DNA of 64,000 nucleotides, taken from assembly GCA_965240325.2 (NCBI GenBank), contig OZ251233.1, positions 1,240,001 to 1,304,000 on the forward strand, written 5' to 3'. The stretch's first letter is position 1. Each line of letters starts with the position of its first letter. Position numbers and translations under genes: made by a program. This document shows, one piece after another, positions 47,401 through 56,544 of this stretch. Below the pieces are notes generated by a model. It was not told where the DNA came from. It did no database searches and worked only from the letters and a program-made list of their open reading frames with translations. Source of the stretch: Rebecca billardiae RCC1528. Taxonomy: Eukaryota > Protista > Haptophyta.

Positions 47401-48580
47401 CGTGTCGGGCTGCACCGACTCGTCAGCGGCCAACTACAATTCGGCCGCGACGCTCGACGACGGCTCATGCGTGTACGCGGGCTGCACCAAGACGGCCGCG
47501 GAGAACTACGACTCGACGGCGGGGCTGAACCGGCCGGGCAGCTGCATCTACGCCGTGCGCGGCTGCATGAGCTCGGCCGCGGCCAACTTCCTCTCCGCCG
47601 CGACCGTGGGCGACAGCAGCTGCGTGTACCAGGGCTGCACGGACACGGGCGCGACCAACTTCAACCCGACGGCCACCTCGAACGACGGCACGTGCGCCTA
47701 CCCGCGCCTCGGCTGCACCAGCTCGTACGCGACCAACTTCGTGCCCAACGCGGACACGGACGACGGCACGTGCGTCTTCCCCGGCTGCACGGACACGGCC
47801 GCGACCAACTACGACTCGAGCGCCAACACGGACGACTTCAGCTGCGTGCTGCCCATCGTCGGCTGCACGGCGACGGACGCGCTCAACTACGACTCGGGGG
47901 CGGACGTGGACAGCGGCGCGTGCGTGATCCCCGGCTGCACGGACAGCATCGCGACCAACTACAACTCCCGCGCCACGCTGGACAGCTCCGAGTGCACCTA
48001 CCCGCCGCCGCCCAGCCCGCCGCCCAGCCCGCCGCCGAGCCCGCCGCCGCCGAGCCCGCCGCCGAGCCCTCCGCCGAGCGCGCCGCCCAGCCCGCCGCCG
48101 AGCCCGCCGCCCAGCCCGCCGCCGCCGCCCTTGCCGCCGCCCAGCCCGCCGCCCAGCCCGCCGCCGAGCCCGCCGCCGCCGATCCCGCCGCCCAGCCCGC
48201 CGCCGAGCGCGCCGCCCAGCCCGCCGCCCAACCCGCCGCCCAGCCCGCCGCCGAGCGCGTCGCCCAGCCCGCCGCCGAGCCCGCCGCCAAGCCCGCCACC
48301 GCCCAGCCCGCCGCCGCCTAGCCCGCCGCCAAGCCCGCCGCCTAGCCCGCCGCCGCCACCCTCGCCGCCGCCGCCGCCGCCGCCCTCGCCGCCGCCGCCG
48401 CCGCCCAGCCTGCCGCCGCCGCCTTCGCCACCGCCGGCCCCGCCGCCCTCGCCGCCGCCTTCGCCACCGCCGCCGCCACCGCCTTCGCCACCGCCGCCGC
48501 CGCCGCCCTCGCCGCCGCCGCCGCCGCCCTCGCCACCGCCACCCAGCTTGCCGCCGCCGCCGAGCGCGCCGCCGCCGCCA

Positions 48581-48612
<32 letters not shown>

Positions 48613-49397
48613 CGTCGGAAGCGTGAGTAGCAGCAGCGGCTCGGGCACATCGGGCGACGACGAGAGCAGCGACCCCGACGGCGCAGCTGTGGACAACCCA
48701 ACGGTCGACGGCTCGGCGGTTGGGGCGGCCAACCGCCCAGTTGTCATCGGTGTGGGCGTGGCGGTGGCCTCTGTCGTGCTCTTGCTGCTGTGCGTTGGCA
48801 CGTACGTGCTGGTCGGCAAGTCTGTGTGCTTGGTGCGTGCCCGCGTGCCCGCGTGCCGACACCGCGCGGACGTCGGCGCGCGCGCTGCCACGCTCGCGCG
48901 CGCTCGCTCCCATCAACCACGCTCGCCTGAACCCCGCGCACGCCCGCGCACGCTTGGCGCCTCCGCAGGCGAGCAAGAAGGAGGATCTTGCGGCCGTGCA
49001 GACCCAGGCCCCTGTGCGCGGTCACCAACCGAACCAGGGCTCTGACAGTACATCGTCGGCGGACTACACGAGACCCTCGTTGCTCGAGGCCATGGCGAAC
49101 TCGCTGCTCGGAAAGGGTGGCGCGCGGCCGCAGCAGCCGCCACCGGCGCCGCCGGGGCCCGAGCAGCCGTCGAGCAGCCGCGAGACGCCACCGCAGCCGT
49201 CACTCTTCGACGGTGTGGCGGATGCCTTCATCGCGCCCTTCCGCTTTGTCTCCAGTGGCGGCGGCGCGAGCAGCTCGACGGCTGGCACGGCTGCGCGCTC
49301 CTATGCGGCGCCGTACGGCGGTGCTGGCGACATGAACACGACCATGGCGTCGCGCGGTGGCGCCCGCACGCCGAGCGGCGCTGGCGCTGCTGTGTAT
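39502..49397 (+). CDS. Giant (~3002 aa) type I cell-surface protein; exons 39502-39665, 39790-39997, 40291-40486, 40678-40743, 40887-48832 and 48969-49394 plus stop
   Basis: All five introns are GT-AG and keep the frame. Order of domains: signal peptide, RTX-like repeats (GSGGDDIFYGG, GGAGDDTFHGG, GEDGNDEF, GGDGDDYL, GGPGYDHI), Pro/Ser stalk, 11+13 GCT-x-A-x-NY-x-DDGSC repeats, second Pro stalk, TM helix (VVIGVGVAVASVVLLLLCVGTYVLV) and cytoplasmic tail. Confidence 0.88.
41160..43975 (+). repeat. Coding minisatellite with a 57-bp unit (PPPPSPAPPPPSSAPPPPT/A) and a 420-bp higher-order period
   Basis: Unit spacing 41173 to 41230. Sequence from 41281, 41701 and 42121 repeats in register. Less regular Pro-rich sequence continues to ~45420 and again at 48001-48612. 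Confidence 0.92.
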
Positions 49398-49399
49398 AA

Positions 49400-49668
49400 G
49401 GGACCAGGCCCGCCTCGCGGCGGACTCGGCCCGCGGTCCGGCGGCAGCCGCGGGGGCGGCGGCCGGGTGACAGTAGCGGCGGAGCGCCCGACTGCTATTC
49501 CTCCTTCCGCGCGACGCTCCGGCTACGCGGCTAAGGTAGCGATGGGCCTGCCGACCCCCCTCTTTGCCAGTCGCCCCGACTCTGCCCGCAACCCGCGCTA
49601 TCTAACGAGGGTCGCAGTTGATCAGCAAGGGGACTGGCTGAGGGGCGGCGGCTCCCGGCCACCGTCGC
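49400..49668 (-). repeat. Split direct repeat B2
   Basis: Matches 50187-50466 except for two small indels. Confidence 0.93.
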
Positions 49669-49721
49669 CACAACCGGAACAAGCCATGCCCACCACAGTC
49701 GAGCCGGGTGGGAGGGCAGGG

Positions 49722-50181
49722 TGCGAAATCAGTAGCGACGCCACCGCCCGCACCCGAGGAGGAATAAGCCGACGGCCCGCTCGCAGCCGACGAGGGTTGC
49801 GCCCGCCCTTAGCCGAGGAGTCGCCACCGAGCGGGGTACGGTCGGTGGACCGAAGTGCTGCTGAACAGCTGGGGCTATCAGCCCAGGCCCCGCCCTGCCT
49901 CGGCTGCCGAAGAGCAGGCCTGCCGCGGCCCGCATCGGCGGCGCTCAGAGGTAGAATCTACCGGTTCGGTACAGGCGGGACCGGCTGCCCGTATACAGCC
50001 CGCCCAGGAATCATACCGCTTCGCTGGGCGCGCACCCGACGCCCGGAGCTTGCTGCCCGCCCAGGCACGGTCCGGTCAGCCGCCCTAGCAGGTCAGCAGC
50101 GGTTAGCAGCATTGAGGAGCAGCCGATCATGGCGGCGGGCTGGCCCAGTTATACCCCTATAACCGAACGGTTATAGAACAA
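49722..50181 (-). repeat. Split direct repeat A2 (460 bp)
   Basis: Appears identical by eye to 54737-55196. Confidence 0.95.
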
Positions 50182-50186
50182 TAACT

Positions 50187-50466
50187 GGGACCAGGCCCGC
50201 CTCGCGGCGGACTCGGCCCGCGGTCCGGCGGCAGCCGCGGGGGCGGCGGCCGGGTGACAGTAGCGGCGGAGCGCCCGACTGCTATTCCTCCTTCCGCGCG
50301 ACGCTCCGGCTACGCGGCTAAGGTAGCGATGGGCCTGCCGACCCCCCTCTTTGCCAGTCCGCGCCCCGACTCTGCCCGCAACGGCGCAACCCGCGCTATC
50401 TAACGAGGGTCGCAGTTGATCAGCAAGGGGACTGGCTGAGGGGCGGCGGCTCCCGGCCACCGTCGC
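50187..50466 (-). repeat. Split direct repeat B1
   Basis: Matches 49400-49668. Confidence 0.93.
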
Positions 50467-50644
50467 GTAGAAGGGTGCCACACTTCGGAGAGGTGGAGGC
50501 CCGGTGGCCCGGGGGCCGGTGGCTCGAGGCCGTCCGGGCCGCCGCCGCAGAGGGGAAGGGTGGGAGTCTGCCCGGTCTGCCGTGGTGAAGGCAGCGACGA
50601 AAGACGCCTGCCGCTGAGCGACGAGATCGCAAGAAGCGACAGCA

Positions 50645-50985
50645 CGCGATGTGCATATCGACCGCTGAGAGAATAAGGGATGGCAAGCAAGCGATGTGCA
50701 CATTGCAGACCGAAGATGAGACTGCAAGCAAGCGATGTGCACATCGCTGAAAGGTGAGACTGCAAGGAAAGCGATGTGCATATCGCTGAAAGATGAGATT
50801 GCAAGCAAGCGATGTGCATATCGCTGAAAGATGAGATTGCAAGCAAGCGATGTGCATATCGCTGAAAGATGAGATTGCAAGCAAGCGATGTGCATATCGC
50901 TGAAAGATGAGATTGCAAGCAAGCGATGTGCATATCGCTGATGGAAGATGAGATTGCAGGAAAGCGATGCGCGGATCGCTGAACG
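50645..50985. repeat. Tandem array of about 8-9 38-bp units, each with an 18-bp palindrome
   Basis: Unit GCAAGCAAGCGATGTGCATATCGCTGAAAGATGAGATT starts at 50683, 50724, 50762, 50801, 50839, 50877, 50915 and 50956, with degenerate edges. Confidence 0.95.
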
Positions 50986-51043
50986 AAGAAGGGGGAGATG
51001 GCCGGGGGCGAGCCTGCGCGCCGAGCGGCGAGAACGCCCGGCG

Positions 51044-52801
51044 TCAAAGGGCCAGCGCCGCTTCGCCCGCCAACCGAGGCTCGGCCGCGAGCGAGCAGAG
51101 CTCGAGCCACATGTCAGCCGACGTCTCCCGGCGCCGGCTGAGGGCGTCGGCGAGGCGGTTGCGAGCACCGGGTAGATGGCAGCACCAGAGCGTGATCGCG
51201 TGCTCCGCCACCAGCAGCGAGAGGCGCTGCAGGAGGCCATTGAGCAGCGCCGAGCCCGGCACACGCCACCGGCGCAGCCACCCGAGGGCCACCTTGCTGT
51301 CCGTGAAAAGGCGAACGTGGCAGCCCGCCAAGTACGGCGCCCACTCGATGGCAGCATGGAGGAGCATGTACAGCTCCATGTCTGCGATGTGCCTCAGCTC
51401 GCCCGACACGCGCAGCGACGCCAAGTCCTTGCGCAGCGCCCAGCCGTTGGAGCAGGCGGCGCCGCCGCCCGCCGCCTCCCAGGCGGCGTCGGTAGCAATC
51501 ACCGGCGCGCCCACCGCCAGGCCCACCGGGCGGAACAGCCGCCGCCAGCCGGCACCCCGCTCGAGGAGCGCGGCGAAGAATGCGCACTCGCTGGGCAGCG
51601 CGGCGCCGAGCTGGGTCGAGAGACGGCCCTGCGCAAACGCCGACGGCGTGTGCGCGAGATCGACGAAGGGGCGAAGGAAGGCCCGGCACGACGGCTGGAT
51701 CGTAGCCGCCCAGCCGAGGCAGCCAATGAGCTTCTGCAGCTCACGCTCGGAGGGCCGCGATGCCCGCAGCTCGGAGAGGAGCGCGGCGTACCGCGCGCGC
51801 TTCTCTGCCGGCAGCGAGACGGCATCGTTGGCGACGTCGACGTCAAAGCCCAGGACCACGGCGCGCTTGGCGGGCGCCACGAGCTTGCCCGGCTTGTCGG
51901 CCGGGTCGAGGCCCATGGCGGTCAGCGTGGCGCACAGCCGCTCGAACGCCGCCTCGAGATCGGCCTTGCGATCGCCCCACCCGAAGAAATCGTCGATGTA
52001 CGAACCGAGGCTGAACGAGAGGAGGCCGGACCAACGCGCGACGAAGGCGTCGCGAACGGCGTCGGACAGGCGCACAAACCAGTAAGGAGAGGATGCGAGA
52101 CCGAAGGGAAGAGATGTGAAGAAGTAGTAGAACCCGCGCCAGAACACGCAGAGCAGGCTGTAGTCCTCCGGACGTACGGCCATCCGCGTGTACGCGCGCG
52201 CGATGTCCACCTTGAACACGTAAGAGTCAGGCGTGAGGGAAGACAGCATGCGGTCGATGTGCTCGAAGGAGAAGGAAGGGGCGTGCACCCGCGGGTTCAC
52301 GCCCGAGGCGGTCATGTCGACGATGAGGCGCCTGTCGGCGCCCTCATCTTTGGGCACCGAGCCCAGCGGGGACACGACCATGCGCGCGCGCGGGAAGGGG
52401 CGGTGCTGGAACGGGCCAGCCAAAACGCCGAGAGAGACGTACTCCGCGATGCGAGCGTCGACAAACTCGGGGAAAGCGCGCGCTGAAGGATGATTGGGAC
52501 GGAATGCGGCAGACGGCTGGCCGGCGAAGAGCACGTCGACGCCGTCGCGCAGCTCGCGCGACAGGTCGACGCCCGCGCCGCCCAGCAGGAACGCAGACAC
52601 TTGCTGGAAACGAAGTTGGAGCGCGGTCGGCGCGACTGGCAGCCTGGCGGCGAGGCCAGCCAGCATGCGCGAGCGCTGGCACATCTCGGCGGCTGTGATC
52701 GGCGGGCAGGTCACTGTAGGGGCCGCACCGGCAGCCCACGACACCGGCAGGTCGAGCGCATCGACGCCGGCGTTCTCGCCACCCGCCGCCGCCGCCGCCC
52801 C
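51044..52801 (-). CDS. pol: DIRS-type reverse transcriptase-RNase H
   Basis: SPLGSVPK, RRLIVDM, KVDIARAY, LPFGLASSP, YIDDF and LGF (RT). TDA, HIADMEL, TDS and HLPGARNRLADALSR (DIRS RNase H). The frame is open from directly after the gag TAG. Confidence 0.95.
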   Translation of the reverse strand, partial: GAAAAAGGENAGVDALDLPVSWAAGAAPTVTCPPITAAEMCQRSRMLAGLAARLPVAPTALQLRFQQVSAFLLGGAGVDLSRELRDGVDVLFAGQPSAAFRPNHPSARAFPEFVDARIAEYVSLGVLAGPFQHRPFPRARMVVSPLGSVPKDEGADRRLIVDMTASGVNPRVHAPSFSFEHIDRMLSSLTPDSYVFKVDIARAYTRMAVRPEDYSLLCVFWRGFYYFFTSLPFGLASSPYWFVRLSDAVRDAFVARWSGLLSFSLGSYIDDFFGWGDRKADLEAAFERLCATLTAMGLDPADKPGKLVAPAKRAVVLGFDVDVANDAVSLPAEKRARYAALLSELRASRPSERELQKLIGCLGWAATIQPSCRAFLRPFVDLAHTPSAFAQGRLSTQLGAALPSECAFFAALLERGAGWRRLFRPVGLAVGAPVIATDAAWEAAGGGAACSNGWALRKDLASLRVSGELRHIADMELYMLLHAAIEWAPYLAGCHVRLFTDSKVALGWLRRWRVPGSALLNGLLQRLSLLVAEHAITLWCCHLPGARNRLADALSRRRETSADMWLELCSLAAEPRLAGEAALAL

Positions 52802-54734
52802 CTAGATGCGGCCCACCGCCGCCGGCCAGCCGTCGCCGGACAGCCCCACCGCGTGGGCCCCCGCGAGGTGATCGGGCGACGCGCAAATGGCACACCGCGG
52901 CGCGTGGAACTCGTCGAACTCGCCGGGGCCAAACGCCGTGCCGCCGCGGCCGATCGGGCATGACGCGAAGGTGCAGCGCTCGCCAGTGAGCTGGAAGCGC
53001 TGGCAGGCGCGCGCCGCGTTCGCCTGCGCCTTGGTGAGCAGCGGTGCGCCCCCCGCGCCCACAAACTTCTGCAGCGACGGCGGGACGTAGTGGTCAGGCC
53101 GCGCGGTGCGCGGCGCGAAGCCCCCACCGCCGCCGGGCGGGAGCGCCCCGCCCCCGCCCCCCGCCGCTTCGAGCGCCGCGCCGCCGGCCCCACCCAGCTC
53201 GGCGGGTGCGAGGCGAGGCCGCTGCGACGCCGCCCCCGCGTCGCGATCGCCCGCCGGCGCCGACCGCTTCAGCATAGGAGCGGCCGCGACCGCGGCGTTG
53301 GCCGCGCGCAGCGACGCCGACACCGCTTGCGCCGCCGTCAGCTCGGCGTTGAGCGCGCGCGCCTCGGCCGACTCGCTGTCGCGCAGGAAGAGGATCGATG
53401 ACGCGCGGCCCGAGCGCCGCTCCTCCGCCGCGGCGGCAACGAACGATTTGTTCACCACCGAGAGGAGGGACTCGGCGGGCATCAGGCCGCGCAGCTGCTC
53501 GAGCCACGACGAGAACTCGAGCGCCTCGGCCCGCATGGCCGGCGACCAATGAGAGGCTGGGGAGGGGTCATCTGGCGAGGCGGCCGGGATAAACGTCGTC
53601 GTGAGGCAGCCCAGCAGCGCCTCGAGGGACTGGAAGGGCTGGTCCTTCGGCTGCACCCCGCCGAGGAGACGCCCCCCGCGAGAGAACTCGCGAGCGAAGC
53701 GCTCCCCCAGGCCTGGAAATGCCCGTCGTGAGGCAGCCCAGCAGCGCCTCGAGGGACTGGAAGGGCTGGTCCTTCGGCTGCACCCCGCCGAGGAGACGCC
53801 CCCCGCGAGAGAACTCGCGAGCGAAGCGCTCCCCCAGGCCTGGAAATGCCTGGACCATATCGCGCAGGTTGTAGCTCGTGCAGAGCTGGCCAGACGAGTC
53901 GCGCACCACGAGCGCGCGGGGCGCGTCACGCGCCGGGTCCGCGACCACCCGGCGCGCCGGGCCGGCCCCCGACGACGCCCCCGCCTGCTCCGACATCGCC
54001 TGCATGAGCGCCGCCACCGACTGGGCCGAGAACCCGAGCCCGGCGGCGTGAGCGGGCAGCGCGGCGGTAGAGGCAGGGCCAGCAGCGCCCCCCGGCGCGC
54101 GGTCGGCCGCCGCCGCCGCCGTCCCCGCCGGTAGCGCGGTAAGGCCGGGGGCGAGCGCGTGCGCCGCGAGGCCCGCAAGCAACGACGACGGCGCGGCCGC
54201 CGCCGCCGCGCCCGCCGCGTCCAGCGCGACCGAAACCCCGGGAGCAGCAGAAGCAGCCGCTCCGAGCGTGGGTGCGAGGCTGGGGAGCAGCGGATCCGAG
54301 GAGGCAGGCGGAGGCATCGCCGCCGCGGCCGCCGCTGGGACCGAGGTGGGCGGGCGGGGCAGCGCGGCCGGGACGGTAGGCGTCGGGGCGAGCAGGGCCG
54401 GCGCCGCCGGGGCGAGCCCCGCCGCCCCCGCCGGGACCAACGCGGCGAGCTGGGCCAGCAACGGCGACAGCTGCGCCAGCTGCGCGGTGAGCTGCGCCGC
54501 GACGCCGGCGCTGAGCGGGATCCCCTCCACCGGGTGCGCCGGCGGGACCAGCGCGGCACTCGCCGCTAGCGGGGCACTCACCGACGGGGCCGCCGGCGCC
54601 GCCGACGCGGGCACGGGCCCTTGAGCGTCTTGAGCACCGCCGCGACCCGTGGCCGGGCCCTGTCGCTCGCGAGTGCGGCCGCCGCGGAGGGCCACCAGGC
54701 GCCCCAGCGAGAGCGCAGCCGAAATGCAGATCAT
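52802..54734 (-). pseudogene. gag: Gag-like ORF1, frameshifted by a 127-bp tandem duplication
   Basis: Ala/Pro-rich N-terminus and a C-terminal Cys/His cluster (CQRF..C....C...H...CAIC....H....H). Removing one unit of 53597-53723/53724-53850 gives a single 601-aa ORF. Confidence 0.85.
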
Positions 54735-54736
54735 GA

Positions 54737-55196
54737 TGCGAAATCAGTAGCGACGCCACCGCCCGCACCCGAGGAGGAATAAGCCGACGGCCCGCTCGCA
54801 GCCGACGAGGGTTGCGCCCGCCCTTAGCCGAGGAGTCGCCACCGAGCGGGGTACGGTCGGTGGACCGAAGTGCTGCTGAACAGCTGGGGCTATCAGCCCA
54901 GGCCCCGCCCTGCCTCGGCTGCCGAAGAGCAGGCCTGCCGCGGCCCGCATCGGCGGCGCTCAGAGGTAGAATCTACCGGTTCGGTACAGGCGGGACCGGC
55001 TGCCCGTATACAGCCCGCCCAGGAATCATACCGCTTCGCTGGGCGCGCACCCGACGCCCGGAGCTTGCTGCCCGCCCAGGCACGGTCCGGTCAGCCGCCC
55101 TAGCAGGTCAGCAGCGGTTAGCAGCATTGAGGAGCAGCCGATCATGGCGGCGGGCTGGCCCAGTTATACCCCTATAACCGAACGGTTATAGAACAA
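54737..55196 (-). repeat. Split direct repeat A1 (5' end of the element)
   Basis: Matches 49722-50181 and contains the hairpin CTATAACCG-AA-CGGTTATAG. Confidence 0.95.
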
Positions 55197-55499
55197 GAAC
55201 TTTGCATCGTCATCATCATCTCTTCCTATCGGCCGCGCATGCAATCGAGCCGCTACCGCGGCTCTTCATCATCATTATTGGCAATGGCGCGAGGAAGTCA
55301 GCGCGACGAGGCCTATATCATCGCGTAGTTGTCGACGCGCGTCCCCGATATACCGCGGTTCGGGGACTACCGACTGGAACGCGCTAGATCGAAGAGGCGG
55401 CACTTACTGTATAGCCGACTGTCAACAATCACGATCCGCGTGCGCGATGCCAGCGTCTAAACTCATCGTCATCAGCCGACGTACGCCGCGCCGTCGCCT

Positions 55500-56508
55500 T
55501 CACTCAGCGTGCTGCCGGCGCAGCCAGTGGAGCTGCTGCTGCCGGTGCGCGTGCAGCGGGATGCTCGTCAGCTCGCGCAGCTCCTCGGGCGAGCGGTAGA
55601 TCGAGATGAGCAGCCGGTACGCCAGCCACTCGATCTCGAGGTTGCCCTCCTGCCGCGCGGCGTAGATGTAGTGGCACAGCCCGAGCAGCAGCTCGTTGTG
55701 TTCGCACTCCTCGAACCGCAAATACGTGAACACCGAGTTGACCTGCGCGCGCAGCAGCGAGCCGACCGAGAGGACGAACGTGATGTAGATGCCGGACATG
55801 CCCATGTGCGAGAGCAGCGCGAGGATGCCGCTGGGCATCACCTTGCCCGAGAGCGCGAGCGTCGTGGGCTCGCGCCCCTGCGCGCCCGTGAGCGACCAGT
55901 ACCCCTCGGCGGAAAGCGACAGATAGCACGGCACCGAGCGCACCAGCAGCTCTGCCGGAGGGGTCTCCGCCTCGCCCGGCGGCGCGAGCGCGTCCGGAGG
56001 CGGCAGCGCGCCGGGGAGCGCGCTCGCGGGCCACGGCAGCACGAGCGCCGAGGTGCTGGCCGACGGCAGGAAGAGCGCCGGCGGGAGGCACGACGCCACG
56101 CGCGCGCCCGCCGACGTGGGCGCACCCGCGTGCGCGCGCGGCGCGGCGCGCTCGTCATCCACGTCCGCGGCATGGCGCGCGCGCGCGTCGCGCCGCTTGG
56201 CGTGCGCGCCGCCTGCGGTGCTCGCGGTGCCGCCCGTCGGGCCGGCGCCCCCCTCGAACGCCACGAGCTGCTGCAGCAGCACCGCCTTCGCCGCCTCGTC
56301 CAGCGGCCAGCGGTGCGCGAACTCGGACACGCGGCCGCCCGCCATCCGGTCCTCCGCAGGTGTCCGCATCGCGCTCACGTCCCAGCCGGAGCTCGCGGCG
56401 CTCGCGCCGGGCGGCAGGTGCATGAGGGTGAGCTCGACGTGGAGGACGACGGGGGAGCACTCCGCGCCGGGCGGCGAGAGCTCCGCGTCGGCGCTCGGCT
56501 CGTCGTGC

Positions 56509-56544
<36 letters not shown>

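Larger units (their letters stand above)
49397..55196 (-). mobile_element. Ngaro/PAT-type DIRS-order retrotransposon with split direct repeats, lacking tyrosine recombinase
   Basis: Minus-strand order is A1 (55196-54737), gag, RT-RNaseH, 38-bp array, B1 (50466-50187), A2 (50181-49722), B2 (49668-49400). No target-site duplication seen. Confidence 0.92.

Noticed and set aside
50645-50985. CRISPR array or retron/DGR next to an RT
   Set aside because: The units are contiguous with no unique spacers, there are no cas genes, the RT-RNaseH is DIRS-type and the context is eukaryotic.
49722-55196. Conventional LTR retrotransposon with 460-bp LTRs
   Set aside because: There is no integrase, protease, PBS or TSD, and the extra B repeats give the split-repeat layout of Ngaro/PAT elements.
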